Positions 38,688 through 48,464 of a DNA stretch of 64,000 nt are shown here, in pieces. Below the pieces are notes generated by a model. That model saw only the letters and a list, made by a program, of their open reading frames with translations. It had not been told where the DNA came from and did not search any database. Each line of letters starts with the position of its first letter. Within the stretch, counting starts at the first letter, position 1. A program made the translations under genes and the position numbers. Source of the DNA: Bacillota bacterium (lineage in GTDB: Bacteria; Bacillota; JAAYKD01); NCBI GenBank assembly GCA_963666425.2, contig OY762825.2:192001-256000 (forward strand). Direction: 5' to 3'.

Positions 38688-39914
38688 TTATAGTTCTACA
38701 CCATTCAGTTGCAGTAATTTTCTGGCGCTCTCCAGAGAATCTACACCGGTTGAATTTTTAATTGGAGCAAATTCCTTCTCCCGAATGACTTCGAAGGACA
38801 AACAGTTATCCATTAAATGGATCATATCCAGCACCAGCAATTCAAATTTATAGCCATTGGGTTGCTCCGGTTTAATGTGGATGCCATTCTCATCCAGATA
38901 AGGTATTTTCTTTTCAACGACATGTACCGGTATTTGCTGATCTGAAATCGCTTCCAGTTGATCCAATTGGAAAAGGTAATTCAGAATCACACCCCAATTG
39001 AAGAGTAAATCGCCTTTCGCATCTCTGGAATGGATCAGTTCATCCGTCAATTCAAAATATTCAACGATGGATGGTTTCCCATCTTCCAGGCATAATACAC
39101 CAACACGTTCTTCCGGATCTGCTTTCCGTACAACTTTGGCGCCGCAGACACAATTGTGCTGCATAGTCGCGCCGATAAACACCGGATCAGCGATCTGCTG
39201 CAAGGGATTATCAACGGAGAAAATATTCAGCCATTCTACACCTTGCTGTTTCATTTGCTCAACCAAGCCAGCCTTCTGCAGTGAAGTAAACCAGCCGCCA
39301 TTGCCGTTCGGTGAGAGCGAAATTTCGTACGGTTTTTCCAAGTAAACCTTACCGTTATAAGCAACAGAGGGTGCCACCTCTTGCTGAAAGAAGAAAATAA
39401 AATTCTTCTGATAGCCAAAATAATCGTGTTCCGCTAAGAACTCCATCGTGTCCTGATGATTCTTTTCGCTGGTCATAATATAAAGCGGCAGCCAAGCACC
39501 AGCATCCCGCACAACTTCCAGCAGGTTCTGGATCAGAAGCTGAAATAAATAGAGGGTTCGATCGATACCAACATTCAGCATACCCTTTGGTTTATCGAAA
39601 CCCAAACGAGTTCCCTGCCCGCCGGCCAGGAGAATAGCGGCTACTTTATGCTGTCGGATGGCTGCCAGGCCGGTCTCACGGTAAATCTCTTTGTGGGCGT
39701 TGATTTCCGTTATCGTTAAGGCGTTCAGAGGAGCTAGCTTCCCTTTGATGCTTGCTGCCTGTTTGTTTTTAATCAAATCCAACAGAGAAAAATCGATGTG
39801 CTCAATTTGTGAGAGAAGATGCTGTTGCTGCGAAGCGGTTAAGTCATCATAAAACTTTAAAAGATGCTGCTGATCATATTTACTTAATTTATTGATTATA
39901 TTTTGCGCTACCAT
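38688..39914 (-). CDS. UDPGP type-1 nucleotidyltransferase (UAP1-like UDP-GlcNAc pyrophosphorylase)
   Basis: LAGGQGTRLG..PKG, YIMTS, SPNGNGG, SVDN, VEY.E, KFE, EFAPIKN. Confidence 0.9.
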   Translation of the reverse strand: MVAQNIINKLSKYDQQHLLKFYDDLTASQQQHLLSQIEHIDFSLLDLIKNKQAASIKGKLAPLNALTITEINAHKEIYRETGLAAIRQHKVAAILLAGGQGTRLGFDKPKGMLNVGIDRTLYLFQLLIQNLLEVVRDAGAWLPLYIMTSEKNHQDTMEFLAEHDYFGYQKNFIFFFQQEVAPSVAYNGKVYLEKPYEISLSPNGNGGWFTSLQKAGLVEQMKQQGVEWLNIFSVDNPLQQIADPVFIGATMQHNCVCGAKVVRKADPEERVGVLCLEDGKPSIVEYFELTDELIHSRDAKGDLLFNWGVILNYLFQLDQLEAISDQQIPVHVVEKKIPYLDENGIHIKPEQPNGYKFELLVLDMIHLMDNCLSFEVIREKEFAPIKNSTGVDSLESARKLLQLNGVEL

Positions 39915-40092
39915 TGCAATACAACTCCTTTTCTTGCCAACCCTTGTGGCTTCGCTTGATTTCTATCAATTATAACAGATTCTCTTGAGAGTTCCAAGAG
40001 CATTTCGCGAATAAAAAAAGAAGAGTCTGTTGCAAATCTGCGTTCTCTGTGCCATACTGAAAGAACTGATTCTGGAGGAGGGTTCAATCATA

Positions 40093-41025
40093 ATGAAACT
40101 CGGTTTAAGCAGTTACTCAATTTGCAGCTATTTCCGCAGCGGAGAAAAAACGATTTTTCAGGGGATGGAACTCATTAAAGAAATGGGTTACGAACATATG
40201 GAATTGGTTCCTTTCGGCATAACGTTGCTCGATTCGGAAAGTTTTGAAATCGATCTTCCTTTCGTAAAAGCGATTGCTGAAAAATCCCGGCAGCTGGATT
40301 TGCCTTTATCTGCCTTTTCATTGAATGCCAACCTATTGATGCAGGATGAAAGTGAACAGAAACGAGAACTTTTTCGCGTCAAACGCCATATTGATCTGGC
40401 TGCTCTGCTGGGGGTCGATTCCATGCGCTTTGACATGGCTTCTTTTCGCCATCCCTACGAGCGCAGCACAGCAGCCGACCTGGCTAAGGATCTGCCGCAG
40501 CTCGTGCAGAATGCACGTGAAATCATCGATTATGGCGAGTCGAAAGGCTTGACCATGACCATGGAGAACCATGGCTTTTATCTCAACGGTGCCGAGCGTA
40601 TAGCTCAGATTTTTCAGGCAGTCGATCGACCGAATTATAAACAAACATTGGATGTGGGGAATTTCCTTTGCGTCGATGAAAATCCTCTGACCGAAGTAGC
40701 CAAATGTATCAGACAGGCACATACCATCCACCTCAAGGACTTTTATATCCGAAGAGTAGGAACGCCTCAGGATCAGGCGCTCGCAGCTTCTGCCTTCGGT
40801 AGGAAGGGTTGGATCACCAGTCATTCCGGCAAATACCGCATCTTAGGTTCGATTATCGGGTTGGGGGATCTGGATTTATTTGATATTATCCAGACGATCA
40901 AGCAATCGGGTTTCAACGGCAATATATCAATTGAGTTTGAAGGATTGGAAGAACCCCTGGCTGCTAGCAAAATGTGCCGTGAAAATGCTCTTGCCATCTG
41001 GCAGAGTATTCCTGAAAAAGTGTAA
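40093..41025 (+). CDS. Sugar phosphate isomerase/epimerase (xylose-isomerase-like TIM barrel)
   Basis: MKLGLSSYS, ENHG, LDVGNF, HLKDF, SIEFEG. Confidence 0.85.
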   Translation: MKLGLSSYSICSYFRSGEKTIFQGMELIKEMGYEHMELVPFGITLLDSESFEIDLPFVKAIAEKSRQLDLPLSAFSLNANLLMQDESEQKRELFRVKRHIDLAALLGVDSMRFDMASFRHPYERSTAADLAKDLPQLVQNAREIIDYGESKGLTMTMENHGFYLNGAERIAQIFQAVDRPNYKQTLDVGNFLCVDENPLTEVAKCIRQAHTIHLKDFYIRRVGTPQDQALAASAFGRKGWITSHSGKYRILGSIIGLGDLDLFDIIQTIKQSGFNGNISIEFEGLEEPLAASKMCRENALAIWQSIPEKV

Positions 41026-41029
41026 AAGC

Positions 41030-41067
41030 CAAAGGCAGCCTTTCGTTGCAACGAAAAGCTGCCTTTG
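41030..41067. terminator. Palindromic terminator between convergent genes
   Basis: CAAAGGCAGCcTTTCGTTG/CAACGAAAaGCTGCCTTTG. Confidence 0.65.
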
Positions 41068-41175
41068 GGTTCGTACGTACTCAATCCGCAATTGCTGTCT
41101 TCCAGCCGTTTACATCTGTTAACTTGGCATCGTTTCAAGTTGACTCTTGTGCTTATATTTGAGCGAAACGAATGT

Positions 41176-42078
41176 TTAGAAAATATCTGGCAGCAGATAA
41201 GTCAGCCAAAAGCTGCTAATAAAGGAAGCAGCATTGGCTGTCAGGGCATAAAGAATGGGGTTGCTTTGCAATAATCCATTCTTTTTCTGACAATACCTGA
41301 AGAGATAAAAATAAACTGTTGCTTCAATGCAGCAAACCAATATTTCCAGGAAAACGAAAGCAAGTAAAAAAGCAACTTGCCCTCGATAATAATGAATGAA
41401 ACTGAGCAGAAGATTCAGGATTGTCTGAGTCACTAGATTCGTCAGGAGAATGATCCACAAATGAAGTTTTGACTGATAATGAAAAAGTAAGGCAATACCG
41501 ATCTCCAATAGAATCGCGATTCCGCTTAGGATCAGCAATGACACAATTTCTGATTGAAAACTGTAATTATTTTCTGATCTGACGGTCAAAATCTCAGCAG
41601 CCGTTCCGTTGGGAGTGAGGGCAACTGCCGCTTGATAATTACTGTCAAAAGCATAACGCTCATAAGGTCCACTCACAGCAAAAGAATTCGAAGCCGGAAA
41701 ATAAATTAGGATTTTGAAAACCGTCGGTGGATAGTTACCCCATTGAAAGGATTGGTTATTGCTGCATTTGCCGAAATATTGCAGAAAATAAAAGCCACCC
41801 TGATCGCGATAAGCCAAAAATCGTTGATAGATATCGTAATCCAGATTCCCTGGTCGATAATAAGTTTTTGTGTAGCCATCGGTCAAGGCGCTGTAGGGCC
41901 CGGTTGTGTCTGTTTCGGAGAGTAAGGTAACATAATAAACGACATTCTCCAGTCCGCTAAACTTAATGACAATCGAGGGCTTCTGGCCTACATCGGCATA
42001 TACTATTCCTGAAAGCAATAGACAGCAAAGGAGCAGAAAAAGCAGCAGCATACAGGTTAGCAGACCGCGTTGTTTCAT
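41176..42078 (-). CDS. Conserved-type hypothetical membrane protein (signal peptide, extracellular domain, about 4 C-terminal TM)
   Basis: 300-aa ORF with GGAG RBS; hydropathy pattern. Confidence 0.75.
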   Translation of the reverse strand: MKQRGLLTCMLLLFLLLCCLLLSGIVYADVGQKPSIVIKFSGLENVVYYVTLLSETDTTGPYSALTDGYTKTYYRPGNLDYDIYQRFLAYRDQGGFYFLQYFGKCSNNQSFQWGNYPPTVFKILIYFPASNSFAVSGPYERYAFDSNYQAAVALTPNGTAAEILTVRSENNYSFQSEIVSLLILSGIAILLEIGIALLFHYQSKLHLWIILLTNLVTQTILNLLLSFIHYYRGQVAFLLAFVFLEILVCCIEATVYFYLFRYCQKKNGLLQSNPILYALTANAASFISSFWLTYLLPDIF

Positions 42079-42273
42079 TTTGCCTCTCCCCTTTCTCCGA
42101 CTAACAGTTTTATCGTCTTGACAAAGATTATAGCATAACCAAGGCTCGAAAGAAATTCAGAAACTCAAAAAAAAGGAGTTTGCGAAATAAATAATCTTTT
42201 GTGATATCATCACAGATAATAGTTCATCTAAACTGTAAAATATAATAATTACTCGATATGCGGAGGTGGAATC

Positions 42274-42690
42274 ATGAAAAAATCTTTGACACTGTTCTTC
42301 CTACTTTTCCTTGCTGCCTTGCTTGTCTCATGCAGTGCCTCTTCAACCGATCATACAGCAGGCTATCAGAAAATCAACGCCCAAGCCGCTAAGGAGCGCA
42401 TCGACAGCCAAGATGAACTGATCATCGTTGATGTTCGCACGGAAGAGGAGTTTCAGGTAAAGCATATTGAAAACGCCATTTTGATTCCAAATGAAACAAT
42501 TACGACCGAAAAACCTGCTCTCTTACCGGATTTTGATGCAGAAATTCTCATCTATTGCCGCTCCGGTAATCGCAGTGCCGAGGCAGCAGCAAAATTAGCG
42601 AAATTGGGTTATCGTAAAATTTATGATTTCGGCGGGATCATCGACTGGCCTTATGCTACAGTAAGTGAACTGAAAAGCAGCACGCATTAG
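42274..42690 (+). CDS. Rhodanese-like domain lipoprotein
   Basis: Lipobox LVSC; VDVRT.EE, HIENA, YCRSGNRS, DFGGI.DW. Confidence 0.9.
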   Translation: MKKSLTLFFLLFLAALLVSCSASSTDHTAGYQKINAQAAKERIDSQDELIIVDVRTEEEFQVKHIENAILIPNETITTEKPALLPDFDAEILIYCRSGNRSAEAAAKLAKLGYRKIYDFGGIIDWPYATVSELKSSTH

Positions 42691-42766
42691 TTTAGCAAAA
42701 AAGCACCTCCCGAAAGCATCTGTGATCGGGAGGCGTTTTGATGTACCGTTTTTGTTTCAAGTTGAG

Positions 42767-43513
42767 CTATGTAATCTGATAGGTGGCAATTTCGACTAAG
42801 CCGGATTTTGATTTTTCAACCTCAGTCAGTTGACGTTCAAATTGATATCCTTTATATTGGAGGGCAATTTCTAAAAAGCAAAGGCTGATTCCCAAATCAA
42901 TTGTATTAAAATAGCCAAGGAAACTGACAGGAATGAACGACCTGATCTTGTTGCTGCGGTACACCTTGATCTGCTGCTTGTCACTCACAAATCTCCAGCT
43001 TTGTGTATTCATGGCGCTGGGAGCCAGCCGAACTGCTTCCATCACATCGGAATCAAACTCACCTTGCCAGATTTCCTCTTTGCTTTTACGTTTAAACTCT
43101 GAAATGTCCCGGCGAAAATCCTGTTGACTGGACTTACCAAAGGCCAGCATCATCACATATTCCAGCCCATCCAGCATCTTTTGCTTTGTCTTTGCCAACC
43201 CATACCAACAGGCGCCAATTTCCTGAGCGGTGAAAAAGAGATCCATTTGTTCCAGCAGGAAACCTGCATTTAACAAATAATGAGGTTTCTTTTCGCTGTA
43301 AATCAGGAGGCAGTATTCACCGTATTTCGCTGTGGTAAGAGCACGGCTGACAATTTCAAAACGGACTTTGATCTCACTGTCCAGAGGGATCAGTTGAGTC
43401 AGAGCATGCTTAATATGAACCAATTCCTCAGCTTTCAGAGAAAGTGCCGCATCAAATTTCCGGATAGATTTTCTTTTGAAAATCATGTTGTAGAGTTCTT
43501 TCAAGATGTTCAT
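42767..43513 (-). CDS. Nitroreductase family protein
   Basis: RKSIRKF, G.CW.G, RLAPSAMNTQSW. Confidence 0.85.
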   Translation of the reverse strand: MNILKELYNMIFKRKSIRKFDAALSLKAEELVHIKHALTQLIPLDSEIKVRFEIVSRALTTAKYGEYCLLIYSEKKPHYLLNAGFLLEQMDLFFTAQEIGACWYGLAKTKQKMLDGLEYVMMLAFGKSSQQDFRRDISEFKRKSKEEIWQGEFDSDVMEAVRLAPSAMNTQSWRFVSDKQQIKVYRSNKIRSFIPVSFLGYFNTIDLGISLCFLEIALQYKGYQFERQLTEVEKSKSGLVEIATYQIT

Positions 43514-43792
43514 TTCCTTTCAGCGATCTTCATAGATGGTTTTGCTCAATCATATCTTCCGATAATTTCTTGGCATTTGGTATAAATCAGATTTACTGGG
43601 GATGACTTTAGAATAAATGCATGTTGCTCTTAGATACTATACTATGCAAGCAAAGATTGCAAAACAAATTTTAGTTGGTGACGTAGAGATCATGGTATTA
43701 CAAAGATAATCTCGTATGTAACAAAATCCGAGTAGAGTATTAAAAGAATATTGGAGATATAAGACGGTAGGAACATAGAAAATTACTATCTA

Positions 43793-43844
43793 CAAAAAAG
43801 GAGCCAATCAAAACTTATCTTTCAGCTTTGATTGGTCCTTTTTG
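43793..43844 (-). terminator. Terminator downstream of amtB
   Basis: CAAAAAAGGAgCCAATCAAA...TTTGATTGGTCCTTTTTG. Confidence 0.6.
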
Positions 43845-43875
43845 TAATTCAATCTATAAAACCTGTAATGACCAT

Positions 43876-45093
43876 TTATTCTAAATGGTAAGCTTCCTCG
43901 TGATGGATAGAAATATCCAAACCGTTCTCTTCTACCTCTTTTGACACACGCACTGGCAAAAAACGATTGACCACATACAAAATAAGTAATGTCACGATAA
44001 AAGAATACAGTGAAATAATCAGCACGCCTACTATTTGCATTAAAAATTGGTGAATGTCTCCACTGATTAAACCTCCAATTCCATTGATGGATTTTATAGC
44101 AAAGACTCCAACCAAAATACTACCTAAAATACCACCGACACCATGAACTCCCAATACATCCAGAGCATCATCCAGATCAAGCTTGATACGAAGTTGAACA
44201 GCATAATAACAGACAACTCCAGCAATTAGTCCGATTACGGCAGCTGCCCAAGGTTCGACATAACCTGCTGCCGGAGTGATGGTCGCAAGACCCGCCACCG
44301 CCCCGGTTAAGGCAGCTAAAAAGCTTGGTCTTTTATCCTTTATCCAGGAAATGCTCAACCACGTCACCATGGCCACAGCTGCTGCAATATTGGTATTAAC
44401 AAAAGCAATTGCTGCGATAGAATTTGCTGCCAATGCTCCTCCGGCATTAAAACCAAACCAACCAAACCAAAGTAATGCGACTCCTAAAGCTACATAAGTA
44501 ATATTGTGTGGTTCATGATCCTGATGAGAAGAAATACTTCTTTTACCTACAAATAACACAGATGCCAGCGCAGCTAATCCAGCACTTGCATGAACCACCA
44601 TTCCGCCTGCAAAATCAACTACCCCCATTTGCTGCAGAAAACCGCCACCCCATAACCAATGTGTAATCGGAATGTAAATCAAAAAACTCCAGCCAATTAG
44701 AAAAAGCAAATAACTTTTAAAGTTTACCCGATTGGCAAATGCTCCTGTAATCAGAGCAGGTGTTATCACAGCAAACATTTGCTGATAGCTAAAAAAGGTA
44801 ATAAATGGAATGGTTGCACCATAACTGGAATTCGGTACTAAACCAACGCCATTTAAAAAAGCATATTTCAGACTGCCAATCATACCGAAAATATCGGGAC
44901 CAAATGCAAGTGAAAAACCAACACAAAACCAAATAATTGTTACTACGCCCATAGAAATAAAACTCTGCATCATAATGGTTAAGACATTTTTTTTAGAAAC
45001 CAAACCACCATAGAAAAAAGCCAGCCCTGGTGTCATAAGGCAAACCAGTGCAGCACAAAGTATGATAAATGCGGTATCCCCGCTATTAATCAT
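43876..45093 (-). CDS. amtB: Ammonium transporter (stand-alone)
   Basis: MTPGLAFFYGG, QMFAVITPALITGA, HWLWGGG, DFAGGMVVH, WFGWFGFN, DDALDV..VHG, RVS.E.E..GLD. Confidence 0.96.
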   Translation of the reverse strand: MINSGDTAFIILCAALVCLMTPGLAFFYGGLVSKKNVLTIMMQSFISMGVVTIIWFCVGFSLAFGPDIFGMIGSLKYAFLNGVGLVPNSSYGATIPFITFFSYQQMFAVITPALITGAFANRVNFKSYLLFLIGWSFLIYIPITHWLWGGGFLQQMGVVDFAGGMVVHASAGLAALASVLFVGKRSISSHQDHEPHNITYVALGVALLWFGWFGFNAGGALAANSIAAIAFVNTNIAAAVAMVTWLSISWIKDKRPSFLAALTGAVAGLATITPAAGYVEPWAAAVIGLIAGVVCYYAVQLRIKLDLDDALDVLGVHGVGGILGSILVGVFAIKSINGIGGLISGDIHQFLMQIVGVLIISLYSFIVTLLILYVVNRFLPVRVSKEVEENGLDISIHHEEAYHLE

Positions 45094-45170
45094 TAGAGTC
45101 GCTTCCCTTCCCTTAATTGGAGATGTTGTACGATCTCTCTACTTCTAATTTAACCTGATAGAACCAATTC

Positions 45171-45217
45171 ATTATAAAAAAAATAATGGTTTATGGAAAT
45201 ACCATAAAACCATTATT
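45171..45217 (-). promoter_or_regulatory. amtB promoter region with palindromic candidate response-regulator site
   Basis: AATAATGGTTTATGG-aaata-CCATAAAACCATTATT; TATAAT on the minus strand at 45176-45171 with a poor -35. Confidence 0.5.
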
Positions 45218-45269
45218 CTCACCGGAAGTAACCCTTATTATTCTGTTTATTTTTCTTACCAGTTGATCT

Positions 45270-45911
45270 CTAGATCTCAATTATATGATTACGTACTGCA
45301 TAGAGTACAAGCTCCGTAATGTTTTTGAAATTACTCTTTCTCATGATGCTTGCCCGATGTGTTTCCACCGTTTTTATTGAAATCATCAGCAAATTTGAAA
45401 TTTCTTTATTACTATAACCTTCTGCGATTAATTTTAGTACTTCTCTCTCTCTAGCAGAAAGATCATTACCTTTTTTTTCATTTTCCAGAAAGCCATGCAG
45501 TAAAGTTGGAGCGAGTAAGGAAGAAACATAGATTTTATTCTCCATCACGTCATGAATGGCCTGGATTAATTCTTCCAAAGCACTTTCTTTCAGTACATAC
45601 CCATTTGCACCATTCATAAAAGCTTCAGCTACGAGTTCTTCATTTTTAAACATGGTCAAAAAGATGATTTTTAAATGGGGGAACTGCTTTCTTAGATGTT
45701 TCGCTGCATCAATCCCACTTCTTTTTGGCATAGAAATGTCTAAAATAAGCACATCAGTAATTACTTTCGATAGCTCTTCTTCCACTACAATCCCATCTGC
45801 TGCTTCTCCAACCACTTCAAAATCGCTCTCTTGTTTCAAAAGCATGATTAAGGCATCCCGCAATATTTTGTGGTCATCGGCGATGTAAATTTTAATTTTA
45901 TAATTCATCAA
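45270..45911 (-). CDS. NarL/NreC-type response regulator (REC + LuxR HTH)
   Basis: ADDH, LILDISMP, FLT, YVLK; LSAREREVLKLIAEGYSNKEI..KTVETHR. Confidence 0.95.
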   Translation of the reverse strand: MMNYKIKIYIADDHKILRDALIMLLKQESDFEVVGEAADGIVVEEELSKVITDVLILDISMPKRSGIDAAKHLRKQFPHLKIIFLTMFKNEELVAEAFMNGANGYVLKESALEELIQAIHDVMENKIYVSSLLAPTLLHGFLENEKKGNDLSAREREVLKLIAEGYSNKEISNLLMISIKTVETHRASIMRKSNFKNITELVLYAVRNHIIEI

Positions 45912-47802
45912 TCAGAGGTACCTCCACAACAACTCTTGTTCCTTTGCCTATAACACTAAAAATCTGAAATTTGCCTCCAAGCATTTTCACTCTATCACTC
46001 ATGGATGGTATTCCCATGCCATATGCTTGATTCTCCGTCTGGAAACCTACTCCGTCATCTATAATCTGAAAGTTATATAAGCTATGTTCACTATCTGCAC
46101 CAGCCAAAATAAGGACGTTTTGCGCTTTTGCATGTTTAACAATGTTGGTCAACGCTTCTTGAATAATTCGATAGATATTCAGGGTTATCATTTCATCAAA
46201 AAGAGGAATCGGTTTGTTTATTTCTAAACTACAATGTATAGACCCCATTTTATTCAAATCCCTTGTCATGGATTCTAATCCACCAATTAAGCCGTTTGAC
46301 TTCAGTATTTCTGGTTTTAGGTTATTCAATACAGCTCGAATTTCATCTATGGAGTTATCTGTTAAAACAGCTGCTTGCTGCGTTTTCTGCAAAAGTTCTT
46401 CCTGTTTGATTTCTGTTTTTGGAGTAAGCAATTGCTTATTTGTTATACCTAAGATAATCTTTAGCGCTGCAAGACTTTGTCCGACTCCATCATGTAAATC
46501 TCTAGCGAGTTTTGTTTTCTCTTGTTCTTCTGTTACTGTTAACAAACGCGTCTGTTTGCGTAATAAATCATTCTTTTGCTTAATTTCAGTTTCATATTCG
46601 CTGATTTCCAGATATTTTTCCCACGAATAAATATCAGAGAATTCTACAATATTGAGCCCTTTTTGTTCTTCCGCTTCCGTAACACGTAAACCAAAACTAT
46701 GATCAATGATTCGAAACATGAGATAAGCTGTGCCAAAAACCCAGCAAAAATTCACTGTTAAGCCGAACAATTGAATCAAAAATTGACTAAAACGATTTGC
46801 GGCACGCATAAACTCCACATTTATAAAAAAAGGAAGCAATAAGGTACCCGCCAAGCCGCCGAATAAGTGGATGGGGATCGCTCCAACTGCATCATCAACA
46901 CCCATTTTATCCAGAATGTGTTTTGATAAATGAACGAACATACCGGATAGAAATCCTATCATTAAAGCTGCCATCGGCTCCAAGTAACATGATCCCGCTG
47001 TAATTGCGACCAACCCGCCCAGCACTCCATTAAATATAGCGATCAAGTAGCCTCCATTTCTCAACAGAAGCATGTTCATCACCAATGCTCCGATCATTCC
47101 GGAAGCAGCTGCGAGATTCGTATTGATTAAGATCAAACCAACCTTTTCGTTAAAAGCAAGCAGACTTCCGCCATTAAAACCAAACCAAGCAAACCAAAGA
47201 ATAAAAACACCTAAGACAGCAAAAGGAATATTTGATTTGCTGTTTTTCATTTTGATTCTCTTCCCAACAACAATGGAACCGGCTAACGCGATAAATCCTG
47301 CTGTCGTATGAACAACAGTAGCACCGGCAAAATCAATAAAGCCCAAAGCAGAAAGCCATGTTCTTTGATTTAAAAACAGACCACCCCATACCCAATGCCC
47401 ATAAATAGGGAAAATAACAATCGCACTGATAAATGCAGCAATCTGTAAAGGGATCAGTTTTGTCCTTTCTGACATAGATCCTGCAAATATGGTGACTGCG
47501 GTTGCTGCAAACATTAATTGAAAAAACACAAAAGCATACCCCAATGAAGAAGCTCCAGAAATACCAGTAAAAAACCAGAAGCCATTGCCGATGAATCCAT
47601 AAAATGTTCTTCCAAACATCAAGGGAAACCCAAAAATACAAAAGCCAACCGTTGTTACCATGAAGGTTAATAGATTTTCTATCGCAACAAATATCACATT
47701 TTTGCTTTGAACAAATCCTACTTCATAGCATATAAATCCCGCTTGCATAAAGAAAACAAAACAGCCACAGATAATAATCCAAAGCATATTTATATTTTGC
47801 AC
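45898..47802 (-). CDS. Ammonium transporter-histidine kinase fusion (Amt + HisKA_3 + HATPase_c)
   Basis: First ~390 aa are Amt (FFMQAGF, FQLMFA, HWVWGG, DFAGATVVH, WFGFNGGS, DDAVGAIPIH). Then EKTKLARDLHDGVGQSL, RIIQEALTNIVKHA, DDGVGF, GMG. GTG start after GGAGG. Confidence 0.93.
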   Translation of the reverse strand: MQNINMLWIIICGCFVFFMQAGFICYEVGFVQSKNVIFVAIENLLTFMVTTVGFCIFGFPLMFGRTFYGFIGNGFWFFTGISGASSLGYAFVFFQLMFAATAVTIFAGSMSERTKLIPLQIAAFISAIVIFPIYGHWVWGGLFLNQRTWLSALGFIDFAGATVVHTTAGFIALAGSIVVGKRIKMKNSKSNIPFAVLGVFILWFAWFGFNGGSLLAFNEKVGLILINTNLAAASGMIGALVMNMLLLRNGGYLIAIFNGVLGGLVAITAGSCYLEPMAALMIGFLSGMFVHLSKHILDKMGVDDAVGAIPIHLFGGLAGTLLLPFFINVEFMRAANRFSQFLIQLFGLTVNFCWVFGTAYLMFRIIDHSFGLRVTEAEEQKGLNIVEFSDIYSWEKYLEISEYETEIKQKNDLLRKQTRLLTVTEEQEKTKLARDLHDGVGQSLAALKIILGITNKQLLTPKTEIKQEELLQKTQQAAVLTDNSIDEIRAVLNNLKPEILKSNGLIGGLESMTRDLNKMGSIHCSLEINKPIPLFDEMITLNIYRIIQEALTNIVKHAKAQNVLILAGADSEHSLYNFQIIDDGVGFQTENQAYGMGIPSMSDRVKMLGGKFQIFSVIGKGTRVVVEVPLIDEL

Positions 47803-47888
47803 ATCTTAATCCTCCATAGAATATTCATCGTTATTCGCATCCTCTGATGAAAAACATGCAAGCTTTTTAATTTTCTAAATACAGAATG

Positions 47889-48089
47889 CTATACTGTATT
47901 CTGTATTTGATTCATCTTCCAGTAATAGCCATGATTTGCCAGCAACTGCTCATACGTACCACTTTCTACGATCCCGCCATCTTCGATAACAAGAATAAGA
48001 TTCGCATGCCGTATGGTAGACAAGCGATGTGCTACGGCAATAATGGTGCGCGATCCAGCCAGTTGGTTGACAAGATCCTGAATATGCAA
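47889..48089 (-). pseudogene. C-terminal fragment of an ABC exporter ATPase
   Basis: RTIIAVAHRLSTIRHANLILVIEDGGIVESGTYEQLL; no Walker A or TM domain upstream. Confidence 0.8.
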
Positions 48090-48464
48090 TTCCTTTTAAA
48101 ATTAAGGCAGACATACGGTGCAATAGCAAGATAAGTTTAAAGCGAATCAGTTGATCAATGGAATACATTTCTCGGTCTCCTGGTTTTGTTATGGTATTTT
48201 TTAAAGCAAGTATGACATACTATCTTACAATGTCAAGCTGTTTTCAATCAAAAATCGGTTCGGCTTCTGACAGACTATCGCGTAGACATAAGTATTAGAA
48301 ACTATATTTTTCAGAAAAGAAAATCATTAATATTTTTTTTGAAAAAACACACTTTTGTCACAGTTATTTGATATGATAGGGTTGCAGTGGGTTCCAGTGC
48401 GGATGTTTGCGCACAGGAAATCCAGATAATCTCCACTGCAAATAAGAAAAGGAGGTTTTTGTAA

